The notes beneath the pieces are model-generated. The model made no database searches, was not told the origin of the DNA, and was given only the letters and a program-made list of their open reading frames with translations. Positions 29,803 through 39,287 of a DNA stretch of 41,216 nucleotides are shown in pieces. Numbering within the stretch: the first letter of the stretch is position 1; the number at the start of each line of letters is the position of its first letter. The stretch covers positions 1 through 41,216 of the forward strand of contig CAVYHV010000019.1 in assembly GCA_963768425.1 (NCBI GenBank), in the 5' to 3' direction. The translations under genes were made by a program, and so were the position numbers. This DNA comes from Candidatus Bathyarchaeota archaeon (lineage in GTDB: Archaea > Thermoproteota > Bathyarchaeia > Bathyarchaeales > Bathycorpusculaceae).

Positions 29803-30960
29803 TCAAAGTTTTTCGACTTTACTCTTTCTATGCCTAACTATCACAGCAACAGAAAACAAAGAAAGAAGCAAAGGCACAATTATCAACCAAGTTAGCTCTG
29901 GAATGGGTGGAGTTGGCAGACCAGTAGCTCCAACATTGAATTGGGTGGTAAGTGGATAGTTATCGGTTATGTTTCCTTCTATCACATAAGGCGTGTTGTA
30001 TATTCCAGTTTTGCCTATTTCTTTTGCACTTGGGTATTTAGAAGTATAGTTACTCCAATAGTTACCGACTGAGCCATTGTCAAAAGCATTCACATTGTAA
30101 GCTGAGGGGTCACTAATGATTGCATTAACCATTTCTAACCTAACATCATACGTGTTATTGATGAAATTATTAAGGTAAAATATGTTGGTATTTTCATCAA
30201 GTCCAACGCCCTCATAATTACCAATTATGTTATTCCTATCTACGGTATTTGAATTTGCAGGGTAATAACAAATAATCCCGTTACTGCCGCCTGTGATAGT
30301 ATTGTAGATAACATTGTTGCTGTTGCCAAGCATCTCTACATCAAATGTTCCACTGATTAGAAGATTTCTGCTTATAGTATTGCTGTTGCTGACTGTAGTT
30401 AAGCAAGCACCGTTGCCGCAATTGAAAGTATTTGAATCAACGTTATTTAAAGAGCCCGATAAATTGATTCCAGAAGCCCCACAATTTGAAAGTTGGTTAT
30501 ACGTTATTAAGTTAGATTGACCCTCAATACTAATGTCATTATCATACGCTGTTATGTTGCAACCTGTAATCTTGTCTGATGAGCCTTTGACATCAATGCC
30601 TACATAAAACGCATTTATCGAAACGTTTTCTACAGTTACTCCATTGCCTTCTATTGTTATTGCCGAATTTGTGTTATATTCGGCTGATGCTTGAAGAGTG
30701 TTGCCTTCGCCCAAAAGAAGGATATTGCTGATTTGAACATCCAAGCCATAATCGCTTATGTTTTCATTTATTATGTAAATGTTTCCTTCATTACTGATTG
30801 GCGAAGGAGTAAGGCTACTCTGAACACTGCCGTTGGTTAAGATGGCGATTTCTGGATATGTTACAGGTGGTTGAGCGAATGCTGGTTTAATAATCATTAA
30901 ACTTGACACAGTTAAGATTAAGATTAGAAGCAATGAGAAACTCTTGCTGATACTCCTCAT
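29803..30960 (-). CDS. NosD-like beta-helix surface protein with PEF-type tail
   Basis: FYLNNFINN, FDNGSVGNYWSNY, DNYPL, IPEL-TM-RHRK. Confidence 0.88.
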   Translation of the reverse strand: MRSISKSFSLLLILILTVSSLMIIKPAFAQPPVTYPEIAILTNGSVQSSLTPSPISNEGNIYIINENISDYGLDVQISNILLLGEGNTLQASAEYNTNSAITIEGNGVTVENVSINAFYVGIDVKGSSDKITGCNITAYDNDISIEGQSNLITYNQLSNCGASGINLSGSLNNVDSNTFNCGNGACLTTVSNSNTISRNLLISGTFDVEMLGNSNNVIYNTITGGSNGIICYYPANSNTVDRNNIIGNYEGVGLDENTNIFYLNNFINNTYDVRLEMVNAIISDPSAYNVNAFDNGSVGNYWSNYTSKYPSAKEIGKTGIYNTPYVIEGNITDNYPLTTQFNVGATGLPTPPIPELTWLIIVPLLLSLFSVAVIVRHRKSKVEKL

Positions 30961-31061
30961 AGTTAGCGTTTAGAGACGGTTTGAGATAAAAGGCTATTCG
31001 TAAAATTATCTTGACTGACTTTAGTCAAATTTTCTTGACCAAACTTTAGGTACACAGGTAC

Positions 31062-31754
31062 CTATAGGGCGGTACCGCGGTACCTCAAGTTAGCGGTTTT
31101 TCGATGCCTAACAACCAAAGCAACAGAGAACACAGAAAGAAGCAAAGGCACAATTACCAACCAAGATAATTCTGGAACGGTTGCCGTCGAATTAGGCGTT
31201 GAGGAAGACGTTGGAGTTGCTGATTCAGGTACAGTTGTGTTATTAGGCATCGTGATTGTTATGTTAAGTGGTGTTGTTTGTAGCTGGTATGGAAGGCGCT
31301 CTCCAAGATCTCCAATAATGGAGTATGCGCCTGTAGGAGCTTGAGGAAATCCACGTGAATTATCGGCTTCTTGCGTCCAGATAAGGGTTTGTGTGTAGTT
31401 TTCGTTTGGAGCCAAAGATACAGTTGCATTAACTAATGGGTATGCTCCGAGCAGCCATGAGTAAACTTCGTAGTTTGTGCTGTTGTAGACTTGAAAGTTA
31501 AAACTTAAGTTGCCATTTTGGTTGATGAAATTTAAGGTTTGGTTGCTTACATTAGTGATTGCACAAGTTATGTTCACATCTTCTCCTGAGGAGTATTGAG
31601 TCTTATCAATACTTATAGATAATTGAAACCCGTTCATGACACCACTAACAGCGACAGTGCTTCTTTGGGCTGAAACAGTGACAAAATGAGGAGTTCCAAG
31701 TATGGCAACGGCTAAAATTAGCAAGATTAATTGCAACGGTGTAATTTTTTTCAC
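31062..31754 (-). CDS. Ig-like (BsuPI-like) surface protein with PEF-type tail
   Basis: LSISIDKTQYSSGEDVNIT, LAPNENYTQTLIW, GAYSI; VPEL-TM-RHRK. Confidence 0.8.
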   Translation of the reverse strand: MKKITPLQLILLILAVAILGTPHFVTVSAQRSTVAVSGVMNGFQLSISIDKTQYSSGEDVNITCAITNVSNQTLNFINQNGNLSFNFQVYNSTNYEVYSWLLGAYPLVNATVSLAPNENYTQTLIWTQEADNSRGFPQAPTGAYSIIGDLGERLPYQLQTTPLNITITMPNNTTVPESATPTSSSTPNSTATVPELSWLVIVPLLLSVFSVALVVRHRKTANLRYRGTAL

Positions 31755-31910
31755 AACGCACCAATAAGCTGTAAGGTATTCAGTCCTAAATTGTTTTTCG
31801 CAAACTCTTTTGACTGGGATTTAGTCAACGTATCTTGACTAACAGACAGAGGGTGGATGCACCCAACCGTGGGAAAAGATAAATTAGACGTATATGGATA
31901 GCTCTTTTGC

Positions 31911-32471
31911 CTACCATACAATTGAACCATTGAAATCGAATGCTTTGTAACCTACCGTTGGATGCCAAAACAAGTAATTAGCCGTGGTGGAAGCATCAAC
32001 AGAAAAGGAATAGCCAAAATAACCGCCAAAACCCGATATAGTCAAGTTCAAAAAAGGTACTGTGCGGTTTAGGTCTGCTGATATTACCTGACTACTATGG
32101 CTTGTTATTGTTATGGGTATAGCGATACTATCTAAACAATAATTTGTTTGTTCTGCCCCAATAGCTGTAAGAGCAGCAGAGCACGTTAAGGTCAATCTTA
32201 TAATTTTGTCAGAGGTATTCGTTATGTTAAATTCTTGTCCTAATGCAATTGAATAGTTTGTTATACTATCAGAAATTCCAACTGTATTTGGACAGTTCGG
32301 TTGATGTTGGAAACAATTCGTTATAATTATGTTGTCCAATGCCTTTGTTGCAGAAGCTGATGCTGAAGTAACAACTGCAACATAAGAAAATAAGAATCCA
32401 CAAAATACCATAATGGCGATTAAGGCTGCAACTGCATACTTGTATTTCTGCCATTTGCCTGACTCTGACAT
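31911..32471 (-). CDS. Anchored hypothetical surface protein
   Basis: N-terminal TM; many N-x-S/T sequons. Confidence 0.7.
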   Translation of the reverse strand: MSESGKWQKYKYAVAALIAIMVFCGFLFSYVAVVTSASASATKALDNIIITNCFQHQPNCPNTVGISDSITNYSIALGQEFNITNTSDKIIRLTLTCSAALTAIGAEQTNYCLDSIAIPITITSHSSQVISADLNRTVPFLNLTISGFGGYFGYSFSVDASTTANYLFWHPTVGYKAFDFNGSIVW

Positions 32472-32708
32472 TCCATCATTGCCTTACTCAATCCTCTTTC
32501 GGATTTGGCTTTTAAAACTATCTTTTAGAACATAAAAAGGGCTGAATGAGGACAGTGTACTCCTTGGCATAGGAGAAGGTCAAGGTTCAAAATAAATTGT
32601 CCAGAAAACTGGACTAACCGTTCTAAGAGTTATTTTTTCGGTCTACAAAAGAGGGATTAAATAGACTATTGGATATTGACATGGACAAGAAGTCAGGGAA
32701 GAGGGAAA

Positions 32709-33647
32709 ATGGAAGACGAAAATCAGGTAGAGCAAGACAGGCAACGGGCTGAAATATTTGATGCTCTTGGTCACCCCACAAGGATTCTAATTCTTAAAGT
32801 TTTAAGTGAAGGCTCTCTTGGGTTTGCTGACTTGAAGAAGAAAACTGGCTTTGAAAGTAGTGGACACCTGCAACACCACTTAACCAAGCTCAATGGACTG
32901 ATAAAAAACGATGAATATGGCAAGTACTGCCTCTCCGATGAAGGAAAAGATGCCCTGCTAACAGTGCAAACAGTAGAGAATTCATCTCCGAGAAACAATG
33001 ACTATGAGGAAACGCACAGACATTACTTTACCGCTAAAATAGGTTTAAAATTCGTTTCCTTTCTGCTTATAGCTATTTTAGTTACAAGTTCCGCAATCGC
33101 AGTTTATGAGTATAATCAAACAGCCGGTATTCGCAAAGAGAACACTTTCTTGAATGGTGCAAATCCTGAAGCCGCTGCTTACTATAATGAATTTGGTACA
33201 GTAACGCTCACAACAAATGTTAATTCTTCGTTTGCACCGCCCATATCAATGTATCAAGCACTCTTAGTTGGCTTTGCAGAAGGTGGTTGGAACAAAACAT
33301 CACTTCAAGGCACGGTAGTTAGTATCAATCTTGTATTCTGGAAAACTGTGACTAACATGACAGCTCTGTTAAATCATGATGCACCTGTCTACGCCACAAA
33401 TCCCTATTTACCCAGTTCTCCCCTAAATCCAACATATGTAACAAGCCCACCTGCAAGTTACTCTGATGTATACTGCAACGGTGTAACTTACCAATATGTA
33501 TGGCAAATAGACTTTCAAAGATCAAGTCTTATGGAGCTAACAAATGGTGTTGTGCCGTATCAAGTTCTAATTGACGCGTCAACAGGCCATATTGTGCCTA
33601 ACCTTATCTATGAAATTGCTAACAACAACTCTGAAAACGAGCCCTAA
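32709..33647 (+). CDS. ArsR-type wHTH fused to a TM and an extracellular domain
   Basis: IFDALGHPTRILILKVL..LGFADLKK..SSGHLQHHLTKL..YCLSDEG; ends near VLIDASTGHIV. Confidence 0.88.
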   Translation: MEDENQVEQDRQRAEIFDALGHPTRILILKVLSEGSLGFADLKKKTGFESSGHLQHHLTKLNGLIKNDEYGKYCLSDEGKDALLTVQTVENSSPRNNDYEETHRHYFTAKIGLKFVSFLLIAILVTSSAIAVYEYNQTAGIRKENTFLNGANPEAAAYYNEFGTVTLTTNVNSSFAPPISMYQALLVGFAEGGWNKTSLQGTVVSINLVFWKTVTNMTALLNHDAPVYATNPYLPSSPLNPTYVTSPPASYSDVYCNGVTYQYVWQIDFQRSSLMELTNGVVPYQVLIDASTGHIVPNLIYEIANNNSENEP

Positions 33648-33654
33648 CAACATG

Positions 33655-33879
33655 TTACACGCGAGTTGAGATTTGACCATGAAAAAGAGTTTTGTAATAG
33701 TTTTGTCGCTGGGTGAGCTTGAATAGTTCTTCTGCACGTTTAACGGAGCCTTGGCGTTTGGCTTCCCGTACAAGCTCGGCTCTGCTGCACTGGTTAAACG
33801 GCTTCTGCTTCGCCGTGTGTTTTGCAACACGTAAGGAAGACGCTGGCCTGTGGTTCCTTCGCTTCTGCTGGTAGGTCAT
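33655..33879 (-). CDS. Small basic protein
   Basis: MTYQQKRRNHRP...; TAATG coupling to the upstream gene. Confidence 0.65.
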   Translation of the reverse strand: MTYQQKRRNHRPASSLRVAKHTAKQKPFNQCSRAELVREAKRQGSVKRAEELFKLTQRQNYYKTLFHGQISTRV

Positions 33880-34727
33880 TAGGGGTTGCTCCGGTACTTA
33901 GCTAAGGCATCGTTGTAGCTGATGTCGCTGGGCAGTGGGTCTCCGACGAGCGGCGCAATCAGGATCCTGTCGCCCTCTGTGTTCTGCAGGAAAGCTAAGC
34001 CGTCCTTCTTCTGCCCTGCCATCTTGACTCTTCCGGCGCCGCCTAAAGCGGTGACGCCCTGCACGAACTTGTCCAGTGGAACTTTGATTTCGCTGCCTGC
34101 AGCTCCAAGAACCAAACCTGTCTTTTTGTCTTTTTGTGCGTAGCTCAACGCGTTTAAGGCTTCGCCGGTTACGGTGCCCCATGGATTATCTTGGAAGCCC
34201 TGCTCAGCCATCTTGACGAGTTCCTGGGCGGTTTGTCCCTGCGGCGTTGCGTCGCGTCTGATGAATGCGCCGACTCTGCCCGGCATCATCACGAAGCCGT
34301 TGTCTATCTGGTTAGCTGTCGGCTTCTTGCCTCTGTAGAAGGATTTGACGAAAGCGGCCTCTGCCTCCTGCGGATCCAGCAGCGTGTTGGTTGTCACTGG
34401 CGGCCCAGCTGATGCAGGCGGAGGAGTTTGCTGCACGGGTGCAGCAGATTTCGGTTTCACAGCTACGAACTGGGCGAAAACGTCGTCTCCTTCCTTCACG
34501 ATCGGAATGACTTCTGTGTCGTAGCCTTGCTTCTGGGCTTCTTTCTGGGCTTCAGCGGCTTGCTCCGGATCCAATGCGCCCTGGTCGGTGTCGATGAGCC
34601 AGCCCTGCGCGGCTAACTCTTCCGCTTTCTTGACAGCGCCTTCGAAGCCAGCTGTGAAAGCGGATGGATTCACGGACATTCGACGCCTGTTGGCGTAAGA
34701 CTTGTTTCTTTTTTTGCTGTTGTACAT
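33879..34727 (-). CDS. Hypothetical protein, possible sliding-clamp-like C-terminal domain
   Basis: GGTGA RBS; FVMMPGRVG and RILIAPL segments. Confidence 0.7.
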   Translation of the reverse strand: MYNSKKRNKSYANRRRMSVNPSAFTAGFEGAVKKAEELAAQGWLIDTDQGALDPEQAAEAQKEAQKQGYDTEVIPIVKEGDDVFAQFVAVKPKSAAPVQQTPPPASAGPPVTTNTLLDPQEAEAAFVKSFYRGKKPTANQIDNGFVMMPGRVGAFIRRDATPQGQTAQELVKMAEQGFQDNPWGTVTGEALNALSYAQKDKKTGLVLGAAGSEIKVPLDKFVQGVTALGGAGRVKMAGQKKDGLAFLQNTEGDRILIAPLVGDPLPSDISYNDALAKYRSNP

Positions 34728-34742
34728 TCAGGTCACCGTGAC

Positions 34743-36431
34743 TTAAGTGGGCGCTATCATGCCCACGAGTTTTTTAGGGACTTCCCGGACGGAAGCTACC
34801 CCGAAGGTTTTGCTGTACCCTATGGTTTTCAGGCGCTTTGTGATTTCTGCGGCGCCTTCCAATGTGCCGCCTATGCCGAACGCAACCATCTTTGTATAGC
34901 GTTTCAGCTCGTTTACCTTTGCTTGGGTCTCGGGCGCTTCGATGCCCACTAACTGCACTCTGCCACCAACCTTGTTGTATACGCCTCGCGAGTCGTCAGG
35001 CACGCCGTCAGTTAACGTGATAGTCACGTCGGGCCGATGCGTCTTGATGTAAGAAGCTATTTTCTCGTATGCCTTAGCCATCGGTGTTCCGCCTGCGTTA
35101 GTGAGCGCTGAAGTCTTGGCTGAGTGGCTTTGAAGCCACTTGGCTTCCTCGAACTTCTTGACTTTAAAGAAGCTTGCACGAGCGTCAAAACCGCCGCCTG
35201 GATACGAGGTACCGTCTCCTGTTTGGCCGCCGAAAGCAAAGAACGCTGTTTTGCTGCCTATGCCATCAAGGATCTCCATGCTTGAGACAATGGCTTTCTT
35301 GTACTCGTCTTCGAAGGGCGCAACGGACCCGCTGAAGTCACCGATCACCAGAATCTTTCTGCCCTTCGCTGACTTCTGTTCCCGGGTTATGAAGGGTTCT
35401 TCTCCCTTGCTTCGGATGTACTCCTTCACTTTGAATTTGCTTCCTGAAGGGCCAGCTGTCGACTTGTAACCTGTCTTCCAGTCTTTGAGGGCCGTGTTCA
35501 TTTCGCTTATGAACTTCTGGTCCCGGTAAATCATTGGGTCTGCAGCGGACGCAACTGGCTCGAATTCGGCAGTGTCAAGGTCAACGGTGGTTTTGTTGGC
35601 TTGGTCAAACTCGTTGTTAACGTTATCAGCGCCTTTCCTGGCCTGCTCGACTTCTTCAGGAGAAGCCGGCGGAGGCTCCTCGATCTCCTCTTCTTCAGGC
35701 TCGGTCTCTTCAGGTTCTGGTTCTTCTGTCTCGGCTTCCGCTTCCTCTGGCGCTTCTTCCTGTTCGGTTTCGCCCGCTTCTTCTTCAGTTTCCTCGTTTT
35801 CGCTTTTGCCGCTGTGTCCCTGTTCAGGCTCCGTGGGTTCTTCAGACTCTTCCTCTTTAGGCTCGGCTGCTTCGGATTCTGCCTCTTCCGTTTTCTCCTT
35901 TTCCTCTTTGGCAGGTTCTTCAGCGCCTTCCTCTTCTTTGTTTTCTGGCTCTTTTTGTTCAGACTCGGGTTCTTCGTTGTCTGATTCTTTTCCAGCCTCT
36001 TGCTTTTCCTCAGTTCCATCTGGTTCTTCCTGTTCTTCTTCCCCGTTTTCAGCCTCTTGTTTAGATTTGCCTTGGTCTTCTTCAGCCTCGGACTCCTCAG
36101 GTTCTTCCTCGTTTGGCGGTGTGGACGATGTGCCTCCGCTCTGCTGCTCGTCTATATCCACGGTTTTCGGGGGCTCCTCTTCCGAAGGCGGAGGCGGCTG
36201 CTGCTTCTTCTGTTTTTCTTCAGCTTCTCGTCTCGCTTTGCAGGATGGGCAAACATCGAAAACAGGCGGGATCCAGACGCCGGTCTGCTTGGATTCCTTC
36301 GCTTTCCGGGCTAACTCGTCAATGTCAAAAACAACTTCTGGCGCAGGTGCAGCTACACTCTTCAGCTTGGGCACGACTGTGCTTCGTCTTCTCGGCAAAT
36401 AGGCTTTTTGGGCTCTTCGGTTGTACGCCAT
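34743..36431 (-). CDS. vWA-domain protein with long acidic linker (CobT C-terminal-like)
   Basis: MIDAS DFSGS, GGTP, LTDG; about 200-aa Glu-rich region. Confidence 0.9.
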   Translation of the reverse strand: MAYNRRAQKAYLPRRRSTVVPKLKSVAAPAPEVVFDIDELARKAKESKQTGVWIPPVFDVCPSCKARREAEEKQKKQQPPPPSEEEPPKTVDIDEQQSGGTSSTPPNEEEPEESEAEEDQGKSKQEAENGEEEQEEPDGTEEKQEAGKESDNEEPESEQKEPENKEEEGAEEPAKEEKEKTEEAESEAAEPKEEESEEPTEPEQGHSGKSENEETEEEAGETEQEEAPEEAEAETEEPEPEETEPEEEEIEEPPPASPEEVEQARKGADNVNNEFDQANKTTVDLDTAEFEPVASAADPMIYRDQKFISEMNTALKDWKTGYKSTAGPSGSKFKVKEYIRSKGEEPFITREQKSAKGRKILVIGDFSGSVAPFEDEYKKAIVSSMEILDGIGSKTAFFAFGGQTGDGTSYPGGGFDARASFFKVKKFEEAKWLQSHSAKTSALTNAGGTPMAKAYEKIASYIKTHRPDVTITLTDGVPDDSRGVYNKVGGRVQLVGIEAPETQAKVNELKRYTKMVAFGIGGTLEGAAEITKRLKTIGYSKTFGVASVREVPKKLVGMIAPT

Positions 36432-37495
36432 TATTCCCTCGTCCCCAGTTTCCGCGTGTAATGTTTTCCGCAGTCGGCGCAGACAACTTCAACCGTCAAG
36501 AGCTCGTCGAAGTAATCGTCTATTCCCTGCCGGGTCTGTTGTTCATCTTCGGGCCGGTGAACGTTCGGGTCAGATTGGAACGACTGGTCCCAGCTGCTTT
36601 CCCCAACCTTAGTTATTTCTGGCCTGTAATCTTTGAGTTCCAAGTCATGTATGACTTTAAGAGTTAAGGAAGCTAGCTTTTCGAAGATTTCTTTGTCAGA
36701 CATTTTTGGGCGTCTGATCTTTGCAAGTTCCTGCTCAACCATTCTTGCTTCTTTCTCGATGAGGTCCCGTTCGTAAATGGGCAGTTTATCCCAGCCCTTG
36801 ATCTTCATGACAAGCAGCCTCTGCAGGAATGCTTCGTGGCGCATGTGGCCAAGTCTCTGCGTCACAAACGTGCCTGTGGTGCTGTACTTGTTTGTTGAAG
36901 CGTCAAAGTGCTGTTCCAGGTATGCTTTCCAGAAGTCGCCGCAATCCATTCTTCTGGTCCAGGCGTAGCCGTTTGAGAATAAACGTTCTGAAGAGTAGCC
37001 ACGCCACTTCTCGATGCCTATGTCTTCGATGCGGCGGTCCTCAATGATGTTGATTACGTCGTGCGCTAACGGCTCAGTTACCTGCATATCTTTGTCTGCG
37101 CCGTAGCCGTAGACCTGTGCAGGTGTTGAATCAATATGTTGGCCTTCATGCCAAATGCCATTTCGGTAAATGCGGTATTTGCTCTTGTCGTCCAGGGGCA
37201 GCTTGTAGGTTTCCCAGTGGGGCACGTTTATTTCGAAGATCTCTTGGCCGCCCGTCAGTTTTCGTTTTCCAACAGAGTAGCCGCTGCTGCCTGGTTGAGG
37301 CGAAATAACTATGTTGTTTCTTCCGCTCAGGTACTTTGCTAAGAAAAGAGAGATACTGGAGATGTTCGCCTGGATCGCCTTGCTCTGTTGAATGGCCAAC
37401 TGATTCGGCGACAGCTTAGGCGTCTGCACTTGTGAGTGAATTTGCGTGTGCCTTGTCGGCGCGTAGCTTTTGGCTGCTGGGCGGCGATACGACAT
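36431..37495 (-). CDS. MoxR/vWA-associated HExxH metallopeptidase-like protein (CobT N-terminal-like)
   Basis: WHEGQH ... INIIEDRRIE; C-terminal CADC. Confidence 0.8.
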   Translation of the reverse strand: MSYRRPAAKSYAPTRHTQIHSQVQTPKLSPNQLAIQQSKAIQANISSISLFLAKYLSGRNNIVISPQPGSSGYSVGKRKLTGGQEIFEINVPHWETYKLPLDDKSKYRIYRNGIWHEGQHIDSTPAQVYGYGADKDMQVTEPLAHDVINIIEDRRIEDIGIEKWRGYSSERLFSNGYAWTRRMDCGDFWKAYLEQHFDASTNKYSTTGTFVTQRLGHMRHEAFLQRLLVMKIKGWDKLPIYERDLIEKEARMVEQELAKIRRPKMSDKEIFEKLASLTLKVIHDLELKDYRPEITKVGESSWDQSFQSDPNVHRPEDEQQTRQGIDDYFDELLTVEVVCADCGKHYTRKLGTRE

Positions 37496-37507
37496 TTACG
37501 TGGCTCC

Positions 37508-38925
37508 TTAGTTTCGGCCGACTGACGTTAAGGCTTCCTGCATTCTGAGTCCGTAGGTGTCTTCGTCTACTGCGACGTAGCTGTCTCCTATGGTTTGCTG
37601 GAACGCGGTTTTGAAGTTGTATCCTTGCTTTCGGGCTATGAGAAAATCCATGGTTTGACGCATGCTCGGGTGATGGGGCAACGTCTTGTCAGCTCGCAAA
37701 CCCGTGATGATGCTTGTGATGTCTGCCACGTCAGAAGCAAGAGACCCTGATAGTTTGCCGCCTGATGTAAGCGACAGTTCAGAGGGTTTTACGCCTATGC
37801 CTTTGGCCTGTGCAACAATGACTTTGTGCTCGATCTCTATGGGTGCGAATGGCAGCCAGATTTCTTTGCATCTGTTCTGAACCGGTTTTGGCAGTGACGT
37901 GACGCCTTCGTAGTCGGGGGGGTTGCGGCTTAAAACTATGAAGCAGTCAGGGTGCAACTTGATGATTTCGCCGTTCAGGTCCTGCATGTTCAGTTGACGC
38001 TTTGCATCCATAGCTTCGTTGAGTCGCATCATAACGGTTGCTGGGAAAACGTTGACTTCGTCAAAGTGCATGATGCCGCCGTTCTTGCCCATTTAGTAAT
38101 GATGCCGTCTGTCCAGACGTCTTTACCGTTTTCTATGTGTGCTCTGCCCAGGAGGTCCTCAGAGGTTAAGCCGTCCTGGCCTATTACTTGGTAGTAGGGG
38201 AGGCCTGCTTCAGCGGCGAACGCTTTGACGCAGGTGGATTTTCCACCGCCTGGGGGACCAACGATGTCGACGTTGGTGGGCTTCACCTTCTGGTAGAGTC
38301 TGTTTGCCCTGAAGCCGTCCCGCAGGAGCTTGAGCATTCCGCCTGGCGCCGAAGCCGTCGGGTAATCAGTGTAGTTCGCGTCTTCAGGCTTCAGCTTGCA
38401 CTGTTCAGGCACCGCGTCCCAGTCGATGTAGGGCGACTCGATTATTCCGCTGGACGACACAGGCACGTTTCTTGCTGCTTTCCTGTCTGCTTCCGTGAGT
38501 TTCCAGGGGTCCTTAAGCTTCTTCTTCGCGGGCTCTGGCGCTTCCTCTTCCGCGGGTGGCTGAGAAGGCGCAGAATTTGGAGCTGATTGAGCCGCACTAG
38601 GTGCTGCAGTGGGTGAGGCAGGTGGCGCAGGGACCGGCGTGGGTTTGGGAACTGGCTGAGGTTTCGGTTTAGGCGCCGTCGGCTTCACTTTGGGCTTCGA
38701 GACACGGAGGTTTTTCCCTTCAGGCACCAGTTTTGCTCCAGGAGCAAGTTTCTTGAGGTCCTGAATAACGTTGGGCGCTGCCTGCACGATCTGGAGTGTG
38801 CGGCCGTCTGCGCTGACGACGCCTTTTACGGATTTACCGTAAAACTTGAAGTTATGTACGCCTGGCTTCGCTGATGTGAGCCGCTTCGCGTACTTGAAGG
38901 TGGCTATGGGTTTTTTGTAACTCAA
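37508..38925 (-). CDS. MoxR/CbbQ/CobS-type AAA+ ATPase with one frameshift at about 38085
   Basis: Walker A GPPGGGKS, LTSEDLLG, WTDGIITKW, Walker B MHFDEVN, NPPDYEG, NRC and SMRQ; adding one A joins the two ORFs. Confidence 0.9.
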
Positions 38926-39263
38926 TTAGACGCGGCCTCCTCGATTTTGCGTAGGATAATGACGCGTCTACGAGATTGATGCCCATTTGAACAGATGTAA
39001 TCGACTAGTCGAACTATACCTGAACCGTCTTTGAGTTCACTGATTTGGTCGCCTACGATGTGAACTGGCAGACCGCAGTCTTTTTCCGGACAGATTTTTT
39101 CGTGTTCAAAAGGAGTAATGACGCTGACGAGCTTGCCTGTTTTGACGTTAAAGCCGATCAAGTGCCTGTTTTGGCAGCGGTATCTTGTGACGGCACCAGG
39201 GATATCCTGTTTGGGGTAGCGTTCCAGGGGGCTGTTACATTCGGGACAAGTGACTTGTGACAT
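38922..39263 (-). CDS. Double zinc-ribbon protein
   Basis: CPEC..CQNRH and CPEKDC..CSNGH. Confidence 0.75.
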   Translation of the reverse strand: MSQVTCPECNSPLERYPKQDIPGAVTRYRCQNRHLIGFNVKTGKLVSVITPFEHEKICPEKDCGLPVHIVGDQISELKDGSGIVRLVDYICSNGHQSRRRVIILRKIEEAASN

Positions 39264-39287
39264 CTTATCACAGAAGAAAAAAGGAAA

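Larger units (their letters stand above)
24487..31842. promoter_or_regulatory. Five pairs of TTAGTCAA-N6-TTGACTAA palindromes abutting BRE/TATA (about 24487-24542, 27853-27898, 29740-29796, 30997-31042, 31797-31842)
   Basis: Read directly; single or half sites also at about 22871 and 32597. Confidence 0.8.

Noticed and set aside
24487-31842. CRISPR array
   Set aside because: The repeats are separated by whole genes rather than 30-40-bp spacers, and there are no cas genes.
35531-36667. Long Ser/Phe/Lys-rich alternative ORFs
   Set aside because: Shadow frames of the Glu-rich low-complexity linker.
34743-38925. True cobaltochelatase CobST for B12 synthesis
   Set aside because: No cobN or other cob genes; MoxR-vWA pairs are common in mobile elements.
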